DNA of 64,000 nt from Octopus vulgaris (lineage: Eukaryota): positions 73,966,001 to 74,030,000 of the forward strand of contig OX597823.1 of the NCBI GenBank assembly GCA_951406725.2. The letters run 5' to 3'. Below the pieces are notes generated by a model. The model did no database searches and had not been told where the DNA came from. It was given only the letters and a program-made list of their open reading frames with translations. Both the position numbers and the translations under genes were made by a program. Positions 26,634-39,686 of this stretch are shown in pieces (the first letter of the stretch is position 1; each line of letters begins with the position of its first letter).

Positions 26634-27217
26634 TGTAAGAATTAGCACTTCCTTCTCAAAGCTTGGATTCGAAATCAGACCCAAGAATCATTGGTCGTAA
26701 AATACCAATGCACAAAAAGGCGCGAAATCAGAATCTCTTTGTTCTGACAAAAAATGATGGATCGTCTCCCTTCGACCTCTGACCCGAGCAGGTCAGGCGA
26801 AGTTTAACAGGACGACCAGCGACCTACTTTAATGATAACTCTCTTGCGGTATATCTATTTTTCTGGCTATTTGAGATGTTATAAATAGAACGGAGAAATA
26901 GGTATCTAGAGAGAACCCGAATCAACGTTTAAGAGAACGCCACGCATTTATGAGGACGACGAAAGAATATTCAGAAAGGTGACTCTGTCATGCATTATTT
27001 ACACACACGCACACACACACACCATCAAACATATTCTGCTTTAATGTGTATCCTGTATTATGCATTCCTTTAATATGTATTATTTGCAACCACTATTTAA
27101 TATGCATTTTGTACAAGCGATGTGTAACATTGCTTACAAATTGATGTAGTGATAATAAATCTTTAATTTATTACAAAGCACTTATGTATTTATTAATACA
27201 TCCACGCATCCACTACA
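26634..27217 (+). repeat. 3' LTR (584 bp)
   Basis: Matches the 5' LTR. Confidence 0.97.
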
Positions 27218-27233
27218 TATATACAAAGAGGGA

Positions 27234-27645
27234 GGGCGGCAAGCTGGTAGAATCGTTAGCACACCGGTCGAACTGCCTGGTGGTATTTCGACTGCCATTA
27301 CGTTCTGAGTTCAAATTCCACCGAGGTCGACTTTGCCTTTCATCCTTTCGGGGTCGATAAATAAGTACCAGTTACACACTGGGGTCGATGTAATCGACTT
27401 AATTCCTTTTTGTCTGTCCTTGTTTGTCCTCTCTGCGTTTAGCCCCTTGTGGGTAGTAAAGAAATAGGTATTTCGTCTGCCGTTACGTTCTGAGTTCAAA
27501 TTCCGCCGAGGTCGACTTTGCCTTTCGTCCTATCGTAGCCGATTAAATTAGTACTAGTTACAAACTAGGGTCGATATAATCGACTTAATTCCTTTGTCTG
27601 TCCTTGTATATCCCCTCTGTGTTTAGCCCCCTGTGGGCAATACAG
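27234..27645 (+). mobile_element. SINE family C, dimeric
   Basis: Head plus two body units. Confidence 0.85.
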
Positions 27646-29053
27646 AGCGGGTGCATGAATGCAGGTGCTTTATGTAAGCTTCTTTGTTACACGTGAGACC
27701 CGACAAACACGGCTAATTTCACAGTTCATTTCCTTTGTGGTATTCTTTTTTTTAATAGCTTCTATTTCTTTTTTCTTTTTCTGTGTTCCAAATAATGATT
27801 TTAAATAGCATTTTCACAGAGACACGAATTTATAAGGGAGAGATAATTTTGACCGAACTGTTGCCGTTTTAAAGCATATCCACACTGGACCATTGTCCTG
27901 GGGCCTCACGTCCCTCACTGTTTTAGAGGCTCAATTCTGATTTATGTATACTGTAGCTTGCTGTTAATGAATACTGTAAGGCCCAGTACATTGTACTACC
28001 CGGGGAACTCTAATACTGGTAAGACATCCTTGCCGTTACCTATTTTTACCTACAGGTAATAAAAGTAAAGACGACGACATTGAGATATGAAATTAGGTCT
28101 TAAAAGCAAATGTGAGTTTATGTGCGTGTCTCCATGACGTCTTGGTTTTTAGATCAGCCCACACTGTGAAGGGCAGAGGGATCCTACCACAACGAATCGT
28201 ACCTATTAGAAATCAGGTTAACCCCAGGACAATTTCTTTGGTCCACCAACCACCAGTACAAAGCAAAATCACTCTGTAGCACTTTCAGTTCTTACCTCCA
28301 GCTAAAGGCAGACTAAGAAATATAATAATGAATGTAGAAGTAGAGAGAACAAATAAAATGAATATTGGCTTAAACTGTGAGAATAATAAACAATTTCAGA
28401 ACTCCTTTAACTTTTATATGTGCATCAGCAACGAAACACTTTTCGTGTTGGTTTGGAATTAAATGTATCTGGGTAGTAATTTTATTACTGAGCAAACGAA
28501 ATCAACAAAACAAGGAGTGATAATCTATTTCTTCATATTGAATCCATTCTCCAAGAAATGTTGATTTTCCTATTGTATGAACTACCTAAATTTTTCTTTC
28601 AAGCGGTTTTTAAAAGTTACATTAGAATTCGCGAACAATAAAAGTTACAATGTTTCCACTGAAATATCGATCGCTCAGAAAGTACACACTGATAGCAAGA
28701 TAGGAAAATGGCAAAACAAGATGAGAAGAGAGGAGAGGAGAAAAGATATAATTAAAAAAAAGAAAACCCAAAATAGCGAAACACCGTGGGTTTATCTTAT
28801 GAAGTGTTGATACAAGAAACTTGGGTGAAGTTTTAGACTGGACAAATCTGCTAAAAATCAACAGTACTAAGACTCCTGAGGATCAGCGAAGTTTTGCATC
28901 ATAAATTTATTTGTTTAATAAAGAATTATTGATGCTATCTCTGGGCTTTATTTTTACGCTTTCTTCAATTTTATATCACTTTTGGCCAAAAGCCCAACAA
29001 CACCCCGTGGGAACACACACACACTTTCCTCTCTCTCTCTCTCTCTCTCTGAA

Positions 29054-29106
<53 letters not shown>

Positions 29107-29166
29107 CGAGTGCGTGTGTTATGTAAGTGTGTGTGCCTGCATGTATGTAAGTAATGTAAGTATATA

Positions 29167-30480
29167 CAGGGTGAGACATTTTTTATGCCATTTGTATGAA
29201 TTTAGACCTTCATCAATTTTGACATAGTGCTGGTTATGGCAGACTTGAGAAACTGTATGGTGTTATGGAAGTATTGATTGACTTCTCTTTTGACTACGTT
29301 CCCTATTTAATACTCCACTGAATTGAGGTCTGGTGAGTCAGGAGGTCCCGTTTCTGGAAGGATATGATCACGGAGATTGGCACGCCTCCATGCTTGGGTT
29401 GTCTTAACCTTATGAGACAGCATAGAATCTGGTTGAATGAAGAATGGTCTTCCGTTGCGTACTCTGTCTAGCCAATGCTTCACAACTTTCGCCAACATCT
29501 CTGTGTAGACAAGGGCATTGACTCTCAAGCCCTGTGAAAAAAAGTGAGAGAGCATGAATCTCCCTCGTTGCTGACAACTCCCAGAACCATCAGCACCATC
29601 ACAGTTGTTGGGAACTTAATATGCTTGACTGCGGGAGCCTCCACCATTTGCCGTTGCTTTGATTCACCTTTTGAACCCGATCGAAGGATTTTTTCATCGG
29701 AGAAGTATCAAATCATTCCAGCCTCTTGGTGTTATAATTTGTTTAGTAAGCACCTTGCACGGATCAAACGATTCTCTCTCGTTACATCAGACATAAACCT
29801 ACCCCGTCGCATCACAAACGATTTGTGCTAGATGTTCTCATGCACAATTCGTATGATAATGAATTAATGTATTGTGAAACCTTGAGATCTTTTTAATAAC
29901 TCTGATTGATTTTACTGAGGTTTTAGTTGATTATTTCTTTTTCTTGTTTACAAAGTTATGTGCTCTGATGGTATCTATTTCTTTACTTCCCACAAGGGGC
30001 TAAACACAGAGAGGACAAACAAGGACAAACTGATTAAGTCGATTATATCGACCCAATGCATAACTGGTACTTAATTTATCGACCCCGAAAGGATGAAAGG
30101 CAAAGTCGACCTCGGCGGGATTTGAACTCAGAACGTAACGGCAGACGAAATACGGCTACGCATTTAGCCTGGCGTGCTAACGATTCTGCCAGCTCACCAC
30201 CCTAGCCAGCTCTATCATGACCCTGTACTTGTGTTTGGGGCTTAGCTATTGATGTTGGATCCTCATTAGCAGTTTCCAGCTCCTTTCGAATTATGGTGTC
30301 GAAAGATCGAGTAACTTTCAGGAAGTGAGTTATTTTTGTAACACTATGCTGTGCTTTTAAGGCAACGATTAAAGCACGCCTTTTTGTTAGCTGAGTGTGA
30401 ATAAAAGGTAAAAAAAAAAAAGAAGTTAGAAGAAATAGCGCCTGAAAGAGGTGTGCTCCCATAACTGACGCATGCTGTGT
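29167..30480 (-). mobile_element. Decayed Tc1/mariner (DD37D/maT-like) element interrupted by a family C SINE (~29972-30200)
   Basis: TA|CAGGGTG end; minus frames QPDSMLSHKVKTTQAW..PPDSPDLNSVEY and KRRALIVALKAQHS..ITHFLKV. Confidence 0.75.
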
Positions 30481-30503
30481 GTGTGCACGCATGTATATAC
30501 AGG

Positions 30504-30554
<51 letters not shown>

Positions 30555-30570
30555 AGAGAGAGAAAGAGAA

Positions 30571-30614
<44 letters not shown>

Positions 30615-31202
30615 AGGGAATAATTATAAATCTGGCTATCGACTCATTGGAACATCAGCGTAATATTCCAAACTCAGAAAGGAGATCCATACGACTTCGA
30701 TAGATATAAATGGAAGAATTGCACAACACCAAAGTAAGATCTAGTAGGCTTAAAATAAGCCCCGCTGAGTGAATAATAAAAATTATAATTGAAATGCAGA
30801 AAGTATAAGTCAAATAGACATTACAAATGTTTTCGTAAACGGTCAATATTTTTTATTCCATATCTCTCATAATGGTATGTTATACAAGCCAAAATATACG
30901 GAAATATGTAATAATTCTACAGACGATTTGCTTCCTTTGATGTCATGATTTGAAGATACCATCGACGACATAAATGTTTTGAGGTGAGTTCAATTGGGTG
31001 ATACGCAATATTTATATAGACCGAACACTTATAACTTTTATTTGATATCTCCTGTAGGTTTTAAGAGAATGAATCTTAACAGGTAAAGAAGAACGTCAAA
31101 ATAAAACAGGTTGGAATTTATCTTATAGATCAAGGCATTAACCGTAGAACGAACCTCAGCCATACGGCGTCAGTAGCAGCCAGAGAAGATTTGTAAAGAA
31201 AG

Positions 31203-31690
31203 TACCGTAAATCCTCGAGTATAATCCTCATTTTTCCCCAAAATTTAAAGGTCAAAATCCCTAGTGCGTACTATATACGCGGTTAAAAGTGAAAAATATT
31301 TTCTAAGCAATGTCCGAGTCTCTATTTGCTGTCCGGCAATGTTTATTCAGACGCATTTTGTGATGTCGGACATGAAACTACCTTAAGCTAAGCCTGAAAG
31401 CAATGACGTCATGAAAGAATCATTCATAACTTGCAGTAAGCAACATTTATTAAAATAAAAGTGTTCAGAACACAGAATAACATGTAACAAAAACAATTTG
31501 CAAACATATTTATATTCCCATATAACAGTTGAGAACATCACCATTATTGTATTACGCATACGCGGAAGTGTCTGTTCGACTAGGTGCTGCTGGCTTAATT
31601 ACGCACGACTCAAGTTAGAAAAGGGGTGCGTATTATACACAAAGTTTAGGTTTTTCAGAGGTACAGCCCCTCTAAAAATCAAGCAAGTGT
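31203..31690 (+). mobile_element. pogo/Tigger-like non-autonomous element fragment
   Basis: Begins TACCGTAAATCCTCGAGTATAA; internal GTGCGTA.TATA.AC repeats. Confidence 0.5.
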
Positions 31691-31769
31691 ATGAAATATA
31701 TAATGTTGCTGAGAAGAGAAAAATGCGTGCGGTGTATGCACAACACACGTAATTCACCGGAACTGTTTA

Positions 31770-32943
31770 TGACAAGGCAAAGTTATGAAGTATAAATTGT
31801 CTTGGACAGTTTCTTCGGCCAACGAACCGATCAGCCATGTAGGATGAAGAAGAATGTGTTTGCAGAGTCTGTTTGGTAGTGAGTGGGGGAGGTGCTTGTG
31901 GTAGTGGAGGTGTTTGTGAGAGTGGAAGTGTCTGTGGTGTGATAGGTGTGTCTACGAGTGGTATAAGTGCTTCAGGAAAAGCTTTCTTCACTCTGCCAAT
32001 AGAGATAGTCTCTTTTTTTTACCGTTAATGTCCACGGTAAACTGTTTAGGCGTGCTCTTAAGAACACGATAGGGACCTGAGTAAGGCGGTGTGAGTGGTC
32101 CTTTGACGGAATCATTTCGTATGAATACACGAACCCATGTGGAAATATCACATTGGGGTCACCAATTATAACGAAGATGGTTAATGGGGATTATGTGTGA
32201 ATTTATATATATATGACCGCGTGTGTATCCTTGGCGATTTCTTTTCTCCGTCTTCCCTTTCTTGGATCTTTCCTTTTCCTATGTTTCTGACAAAAGCTCT
32301 GCTCGAAACGTTAAATCCTCCTTCTTTCTTTCTTTTCCCGAGCGTCCAATAACACTATACTTGTTCCACGTCCTCGCGTTGTTGTGTTTTCTCTTTGTGC
32401 TTTCATGTTTGGATTTGCGATGAAACAAACTGGTAAGCGACGATTTATTCTCCGTTATAAATGCAATGATTGCCATACATGAAATAAAATAACATAACAG
32501 GTTACAATAGAGATGTGTGAGAGACTTCATGGTTGGGCTGGACTGTTGATCTTGTAGAAAAAGTTGAGATAATGTTGGTGGTATGTAGAGGCGGCCGTTG
32601 GTTTGTTGGTCGTATGGTGTTCATACAGCAACGCTGTAGGCAGGCGTCTTGTGGAGATGAAAGCGGAGACTGGCTGGGGTTAGATACATCTTTGTCAGAG
32701 ACGAGTAGCGTGTGGCCAGTGGCGTGTGCCAAAGACGTAGGACAGTTGAGAACTGCATTTCTTATAGAGAATAGTGGGCTCCCAAGAAAGATGAAAATTT
32801 TTCCGCCAAGAGAACACGTGATACATTTTAGCGCATCTAATTAGTTGACCATGTAATTTGGCGCAATTATTTTGGGGACAATTTGCGCCTAAAAGCTAAC
32901 TTATCAGAACAACGGTCTTTGTAGCTAAGTGTTTTCTGCTACG
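31770..32943 (-). mobile_element. Internally deleted Gypsy relic: LTR (~32167-32943), PBS, integrase C-terminus
   Basis: Minus strand TGGTGACCCC at 32155-32164 joined directly to TWVRVFIRNDSVKGPLTPPYSGPYRVLK..ISIGRVKKAF and SVRWPKKL, homologous to the end of the intact pol. Confidence 0.75.
32225..32417 (+). mobile_element. Short Penelope-like repeat with minimal hammerhead motif (~32283-32315)
   Basis: GTTT-CTGACAAA-AGC-tct-GCTC-GAAACGTT-AAAT (degenerate); homologous to 34958-35142. Confidence 0.6.
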
Positions 32944-32964
32944 TCCAGACAACGACTATAAATA

Positions 32965-33195
32965 AGGCGGCGAGCTGGCAGAATTGTTAGCACGCTGGGC
33001 GAAATGCTTAGCAGTATTTCGTCTGTCGTTACGTTCTGAGTTCAAATTCCGCCGAGGTCGACTTTGCCTTTCATCCTTTCGGGATCGATAAATAAAGTAC
33101 CAGTTACGCACTGGAGTCGATGTAATCGACTTAATCCGTTTGTCTGTCCTTGTTAGTTCCCTCTATGCTTAGCCCCTTGTAGGCAATAAAGAAAT
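32965..33195 (+). mobile_element. SINE family C monomer
   Basis: Head plus one body unit. Confidence 0.85.
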
Positions 33196-33258
33196 ATATA
33201 AATCAAAGGTGAGAGATTAATTTGCTTTCTTCTATTTTGTCAATCCGTTCTGCTACAA

Positions 33259-34372
33259 CATAGGTTCTCAAAGTAGACGCAACGCACTCCAGTGGGCGTT
33301 GAGACGGTCCAGGTGGGCACTGGTGTCTAATGGAGCGGTGGGGGTGGGGGCAGTAGAGAAAAAGGAGGCATTGGGAGGAAAGCAGTGAATTGGAGGATGC
33401 TGTGAATTTATTATAATATCATTATAGCATTGTAAACAAATTATATATTATGTTAAATATCAAATGATTCTTAGTATATGTAACGATTTAGTTTGATTTG
33501 TAACGGTTAGTTCTTAGGAAGGCTGCAATGCTCTTGTTCGAGGGTCACCAAATGTAACGGTTTTAAAATTAATTTGTAAACAATAATATGATATGTTGGA
33601 GTCAGTGGTTGTAACGATCAAATATTGTTGTTATAATTGCACGTTGTAGGATGTGTAAGATAAAAAATGAATGACGTTTTAAGGAAATGTTTATTTACCG
33701 TTACGTTACAAATACCTTGCCTCGACTGGCAGGTTATAATAAATCCAAAAGCATGCGAAAGTTAGATGCGGTAGAATGCTTGAGTTGGGTTCTCTTCATT
33801 GTTTAGTAGTAATTGCTGAGACAGATAGAATGATGTTGTGAGAGAACAGAATTAGAGCTAGAGAGAATTGCAGGGAGTTGTCTCACAGCTTGCTTTCTCC
33901 CTCTGACCAAGGTTGGTCAGCCAGACCTCGTTGAGTCGTCATGATGTGACGAACTGATGTTTGCTTGGGATGTGCTTGCTTATATTAAGATCCAGAAGGA
34001 TAGACATATCATTGAGAACAATACATTTAGTTGGTGGTCTTGTTATCTCTATTCTAGCTTTTGGTGAAGTAGAAGAGGTTAGAAAGGGTCAAGCGGTGAA
34101 GACATTACTTTGTCCTAGCTAAAGGCATCTGGAAAATGTAAAACTGCTGTCAGTGAAAAACCATTGTTCCACCGTGGGAAAAGTTCTGTTGCAGTGTTGA
34201 TTTAAATTTGGCTATGGTGGATCGAATCCACTTCATGCATGCAGGATTCGCTACATATATATAAATTAGTAAAATATAGAATATCTATTTATACATAACA
34301 ATCGGGGTGGGGCGCTGAGGGTATTATGCGGCCATGAGAGGGGCGGTGGACCAGGAAGTTTGAGAACCTCTG
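33259..34372. mobile_element. hAT/Charlie-like MITE split by an LTR insertion
   Basis: TIRs CATAGGTTCTCAAAGT / AGTTTGAGAACCTCTG; degenerate 8-bp flanks TGCTACAA / CGCTGCAC. Confidence 0.65.
33479..34255 (-). mobile_element. Gypsy LTR (33553-34255) with tRNA-Trp-type PBS remnant
   Basis: Minus strand TGTAGCGAAT...CCGTTACA followed by TTTGGTGACCCTCG. Confidence 0.7.
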
Positions 34373-34957
34373 CGCTGCACAAATGTGCTAACTTGCATTT
34401 ATTTGTTGTGACCTGCAAGTCACTTCCCGTTTGAGCAGTCGTCAGAGCAGTTTTCTATTTTGCTCACGTCTATATGTAAGTATTTATAAGCATATGCTTA
34501 TTGCTATATAAATATTATTTTACTTATTACACCCGTTTCATGAGTAAAAGTTTACCCGGAAGGTATATATTACGTACTTATATTTTTTCATTCTCTATAT
34601 AGCACAGGAATCTTGCGCAGCCCTCATTATCATTAGATATCAAATCAAACCAGCTTCATCTGGTGACGGTTGATGAGGTTTGTAATTTAGGCACCGCGTC
34701 TGCAGTTTTGAGGGGAATAATACCCGTAGCAGTTTTACTGTAAACTGCTTGACATAAATTACCGTGTAACATATTTAAACTACAGTGTCTGAAAACTACA
34801 CGAGCAGCTAGGACTAAGTATGTAATCAGCCTCACACACTGAAGGTTATAAATATAATATAATATTATATATATATATATTTATATATTATGTTCATATA
34901 TACATATATACATACATATACATACATACACACACACGCACACATATATATATAGTT

Positions 34958-35142
34958 AATCCAAACAAGAAAACACAAAAAAAAAACACAACAACGCGAG
35001 GACGTGGAACAAATATAGTATTATTGGACGCTCAGGAAAGAAGGGAAGAAGGAGGGTTTAACGTTTCGAGCGGAGCTCTTCGTCGGAAACATAGGAGAAG
35101 GAAAGATCCAGAGAAGGGAAGATAGAGGAAAAAAAATCGCCA
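34958..35142 (-). mobile_element. Short Penelope-like repeat with minimal hammerhead motif (~35055-35090)
   Basis: Minus strand GTTT-CCGACGA-A-GAGC-tcc-GCTC-GAAACGTT-AAAC; (TA)n on both sides. Confidence 0.6.
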
Positions 35143-35335
35143 ATATATATATATATATATACATATACACTAGAACCCAGAAACATGTAGTTAGCAAGCA
35201 AATTCTTACCACATAGTCACACCTGCGCCTATATACAGCCACATGTGCGCCTATGTACAGTCACATTCGCGTGTAGACATTTACGCCTGCGCTATACTTA
35301 GCCACGTCCGTGCCTATATATAGCCACGCCTGCAC

Positions 35336-35427
<92 letters not shown>

Positions 35428-35769
35428 ATCTACACACACACACACACATACACACATATATATATATATATATAATTTTCAGAATAGTTGACAGTGATTA
35501 ATGAATATATAATAGATTGGCAATGTTAACACTACAACATGTAAGTAACTTTAATAATCTTATGCTTATCTTTCAAAGCTGAAACTTTTGTTCTAAGTTG
35601 CTATCTTTAGCAGATCGGGAGACCGCGCAAAAGGTTCGTGTGTGCTGTTCTTATGGGGACAAACAGTCTCTACTTGTGATATCAGGGGTGGACTCAGTGG
35701 GGGCCTGAGTATCACGTGCCCATCCTCAAGAAAAGAAGTGAGCCCTTCTTAATAATGTTATTACACCAC

Positions 35770-36238
35770 CAGCTGATTCTTCGGCAATTTCCGTAAAGAA
35801 TTTTTATTTATTTACTTTTGTTTTCACGTCCTGTTGAAACCTATTTCTTTACTACCCACAAGGGGCTAAGCACAGAGAGGACAAACAAGGACAGACAAAC
35901 AGATTAAGTCGATTATATCGACCCCAGTGCGTAACTGGTACTCATTTAATCGACCCCGAAAGAATGAAAGGCAAAGTCGACCTCGGAGGAATTTGAACTC
36001 AGAACGTAACGGCAGACGAAATACGGCTAAGCACTTCGCCCGGCGTGCTAACGTTTCTGCCAGCTCGCCACCCTGAAACCGACACATGCCTTTGAAGTCC
36101 GCGAGGGAGGTGAAACGTGAAACCCCCACGCTATCACGCGCACCCGCAGACACATCCATCCATCCATCCATCCATCCATCCATCCATCCATCCATCCATC
36201 CATCCATCCATCCATCCATCCATCCATCCATCCATCCA

Positions 36239-36315
<77 letters not shown>

Positions 36316-36516
36316 GCTGGACACGGTCGCACTGAAATACATACATACAATCATTGTCTTTCCTATACCCGTACATACATAAATACATATACATACATCT
36401 TTTGTTTTGTATGTACATATGAAGATTTGCGCGTATATATCGATTTGTGTGAGTGCGTATATACAATATATATTTTTGTGTATATATATATGCATTTGTG
36501 TGAATGTATTTGTTTG

Positions 36517-36590
<74 letters not shown>

Positions 36591-36988
36591 TGCATGTGTA
36601 TGCATGTATGTGCATGTACCCTTTGTACCAGTTAGCGGCTGGGGTCCGTTTCTCACTCAGCAGCAATTTTTTTCTTTTTTGCTTTTCAATATACTGAAAA
36701 TTGTTTACCTTTTTACGATTATGTTTGTGTGCGTGTGTGTGAGAGATAGAGAGACGGGGTAGAGAGAGAGAGAGAGAAAGACAAAGAAAGAAAGAAAAAG
36801 AGAGACGAAAAAGAGAGAGAGAAAGAAAGAAAGAGAGAAAGTGTGTGTGTGTGCGAGCGTGCTATCGTCGGTTTCATTTTGCCCCACCATCACAGACTTC
36901 CAAGGCAAATGTCGTTTTCAACAGAACATAAAAACAGTAAATAAATAAATAAAAAAATTCTTTACGGATATTGCCAAACAATCAGCTG
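35770..36988. mobile_element. Long-TIR non-autonomous DNA element with nested SINE and microsatellites
   Basis: CAGCTGATTCTTCGGCAATTTCCGTAAAGAATTTTT... mirrored by ...AAAAATTCTTTACGGATATTGCCAAACAATCAGCTG; inverted match continues ~150 bp once the SINE is removed. Confidence 0.75.
35842..36073 (-). mobile_element. SINE family C inserted in the left TIR
   Basis: Flanking duplication TGAAACC at 35835-35841 and 36074-36080. Confidence 0.85.
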
Positions 36989-38741
36989 AAGATTTTTGAC
37001 ATTTGTGCGACTTATATATCGAAGTATTGCGTATATAAGCTGTAAATATAAGCCTATATAAGCGTAAAACACTGTGAAAACTTCAGCAATCTTTTATGTT
37101 ATTCAGTGCTGAAGTCGAAGAGGTCTCAGTAAATATTTACACTGTCACAGATTCTTCTGCTTCTGTGAAATGTAAACAAAACATTCGAAAGGGGAAGTAA
37201 CTCTATGTACTAAACCATTGCGTCTAACAAAATATATTTACGAAGTCATATTCATCTTCACTTTAATTCAAATTAAATCATTGTTATACTTTCAGTTTAC
37301 ATTACCAAGAATGTTTTTTTTTTTTAAATTTACATTAAAATAAGGACCGATCGTATTTCTTCTTATAGGGTTACATATTTGTCGTTTCATTCTTCAACTA
37401 TCGTCCCTCTGATGGTGACATATAATCTTATATAATCTTAAATTTGAGTTGATTATATCGATATCAGTACATGACATGCATTATTTTTTTAAATCGTGGA
37501 ATAGTGAAAAACAGAGTTGACCCCGGCAGGATTTGACCCCAGAACGTAAAGGGCCATAACTGAGCACTTACAAGAAATTTTATCCGACGCTCTGTTAATC
37601 CAATGTTATTCTTTCCTTATCTCACAGTAAGTAACATTCTTATAAAATCGTACGTGTGTATCATGTACTCTTTAAAAAGTGCCATTGTTTATTTAAAATA
37701 AAATGCGTTAAGATGTTGATGTGTGTATATTTGCAAATACGCATCCATATATTTGTGAGGACGGATGTAACCTTTATGTAGCAGTCGATGCAAGGTTCCC
37801 TACCTTGAAACACGAACACATGCTATAAGGTCAAGTTAACTCGGAGCAGACCTGATTAAAGGCATTCCAGTTGTAAACATTTCGTCTATTTTAGGCATTG
37901 TGTTGTCACGACTACATCGTCTGATACATCGTTCCGTTTTCTAAAGACACTGGGGGGTAACTTTTGAGGGAGATTTAACTAATTTAACTGTTAACTATAG
38001 CAAGTCGCGCGATAACACTTGTAAAACAATAGAATCCGCGCATAAGATCTATGTTCTGCGTTAGCACGAAGTAAAGCAAATAATTCAAATAGTGGGATAT
38101 AATGAGAAAGAAGTGAAGCTTAACGTTTTCAACAGGCACCTGCGCTGAAATGTTCTTCCTCAAGGTATAACATTTATTCTACTGTGTACACTTTTTGTGT
38201 GACTGGCGATCGAATCTGGCTGTCGGAACACTTAGTTTATTCTAACACTTTCATGCAAACAAACATCATAGTAGCTTTGTACAATTTCTATGTAGCGATG
38301 CTAACGTATTGAGGTTTTATGAATGACTACTTCATAAACATGTTTTTTTTTTTTCGTTTCCTGAAACTAACCAGCTACATATATCTCTGTATAGATCGAT
38401 GCAGGATGGGACCCTCTCTAAACTAGTTTGATATCAGTTTGGTCGTGTGTGCTCAGTTCGTGAAGATGATGCGAGGGCATGCCATCATAAGCAGCCTATA
38501 ATTTAATACCCAAGTCTGAGCCTAAACCAGATGTTACTTATTCTTGCCAGCTAGGCAGTGTAAATTAATCTCACTAGTTATACTACGAAATTCCTTTGTG
38601 TACAACATACGAGCAAAATATTTAGTATTCCTCTCTTACCATCAACGGTGGCAAACCAATCGATGACTTGTTGGAACTGTTACTATTAAAGATTTTAGTT
38701 AGTAAATTATGATTTCAAACAGTTGTAAATAAGTTTTGTTT

Positions 38742-38798
<57 letters not shown>

Positions 38799-38880
38799 TT
38801 TCTGGTGAAAATACTGGGAAATTACCAAATGTGTCGAAAACTGTCATTTCTTTGGATGTGTATTAAATTTCGTAGATTGT

Positions 38881-39009
<129 letters not shown>

Positions 39010-39204
39010 CGCTTCATAGTTCTCCAGTTTTCAATTATTTTTGGATTTTTTTCCCCCAGAATCGTGTTTGACAAATTTACGCATACCTTTAAAGAATAAT
39101 AATCTGAGATGTTTAAACATAAGTCTGGTAAAAATAAAGTTTAAGAAAATGAAAATTAACAGAAAAAGTGGGCAGAGCAAAATATCCTTCCCACCACGAA
39201 TCTT

Positions 39205-39235
<31 letters not shown>

Positions 39236-39270
39236 TTATAAAATCGTAATCTAAGATACTTAAAATATAC

Positions 39271-39686
39271 TCTCTTTTACTCTTTTACTCTTTTAATTGT
39301 TTCAGTCATTTGACTGCGGCCATGCTGGAGCACCGCCTTTAGTCGAGCAAATCGACCCCAGGACTTATTCTTTGTAAGCCCAGTACTTATTCTATCGGTC
39401 TCTTTTGCCGAACCGCTAAGTGACGGGGACGTAAACACACACCAGCATCGGTTGTCAAGCAATGCTAGGGGGACAAACACAGACACACAAACACACATAC
39501 ATATATATATATACATATATACGACAGGCTTCTTTCAGTTTCCGTCTACCAAATCCACTCACAAGGCATTGGTCGGCCCGGGGCTATAGCAGAAGACACT
39601 TGCCCAAGATGCCACGCAGTGGGATTGATCTCAGAACCATGTGTTTGGTTAGCAAGCTACTTACCACACAGCCACTCCTGCACCTA
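39271..39686 (-). mobile_element. SINE family B, full length
   Basis: Complete head and (TTTTACTC)n tail. Confidence 0.85.

Larger units (their letters stand above)
21353..27217 (+). mobile_element. Full-length Ty3/Gypsy LTR retrotransposon, CsRn1/Kabuki-like clade
   Basis: TG...CA LTRs, PBS, PPT, gag and PR-RT-RH-IN order, CHCC Gag knuckle, TATA(TA) flanks on both sides. Confidence 0.97.

Noticed and set aside
38135-38312. Possible missing downstream exon for SLC19 exon A (acceptor-like site, IWL motif)
   Set aside because: The phase-1 frame hits a stop quickly and the open frame lacks the VG..W and TIAT motifs
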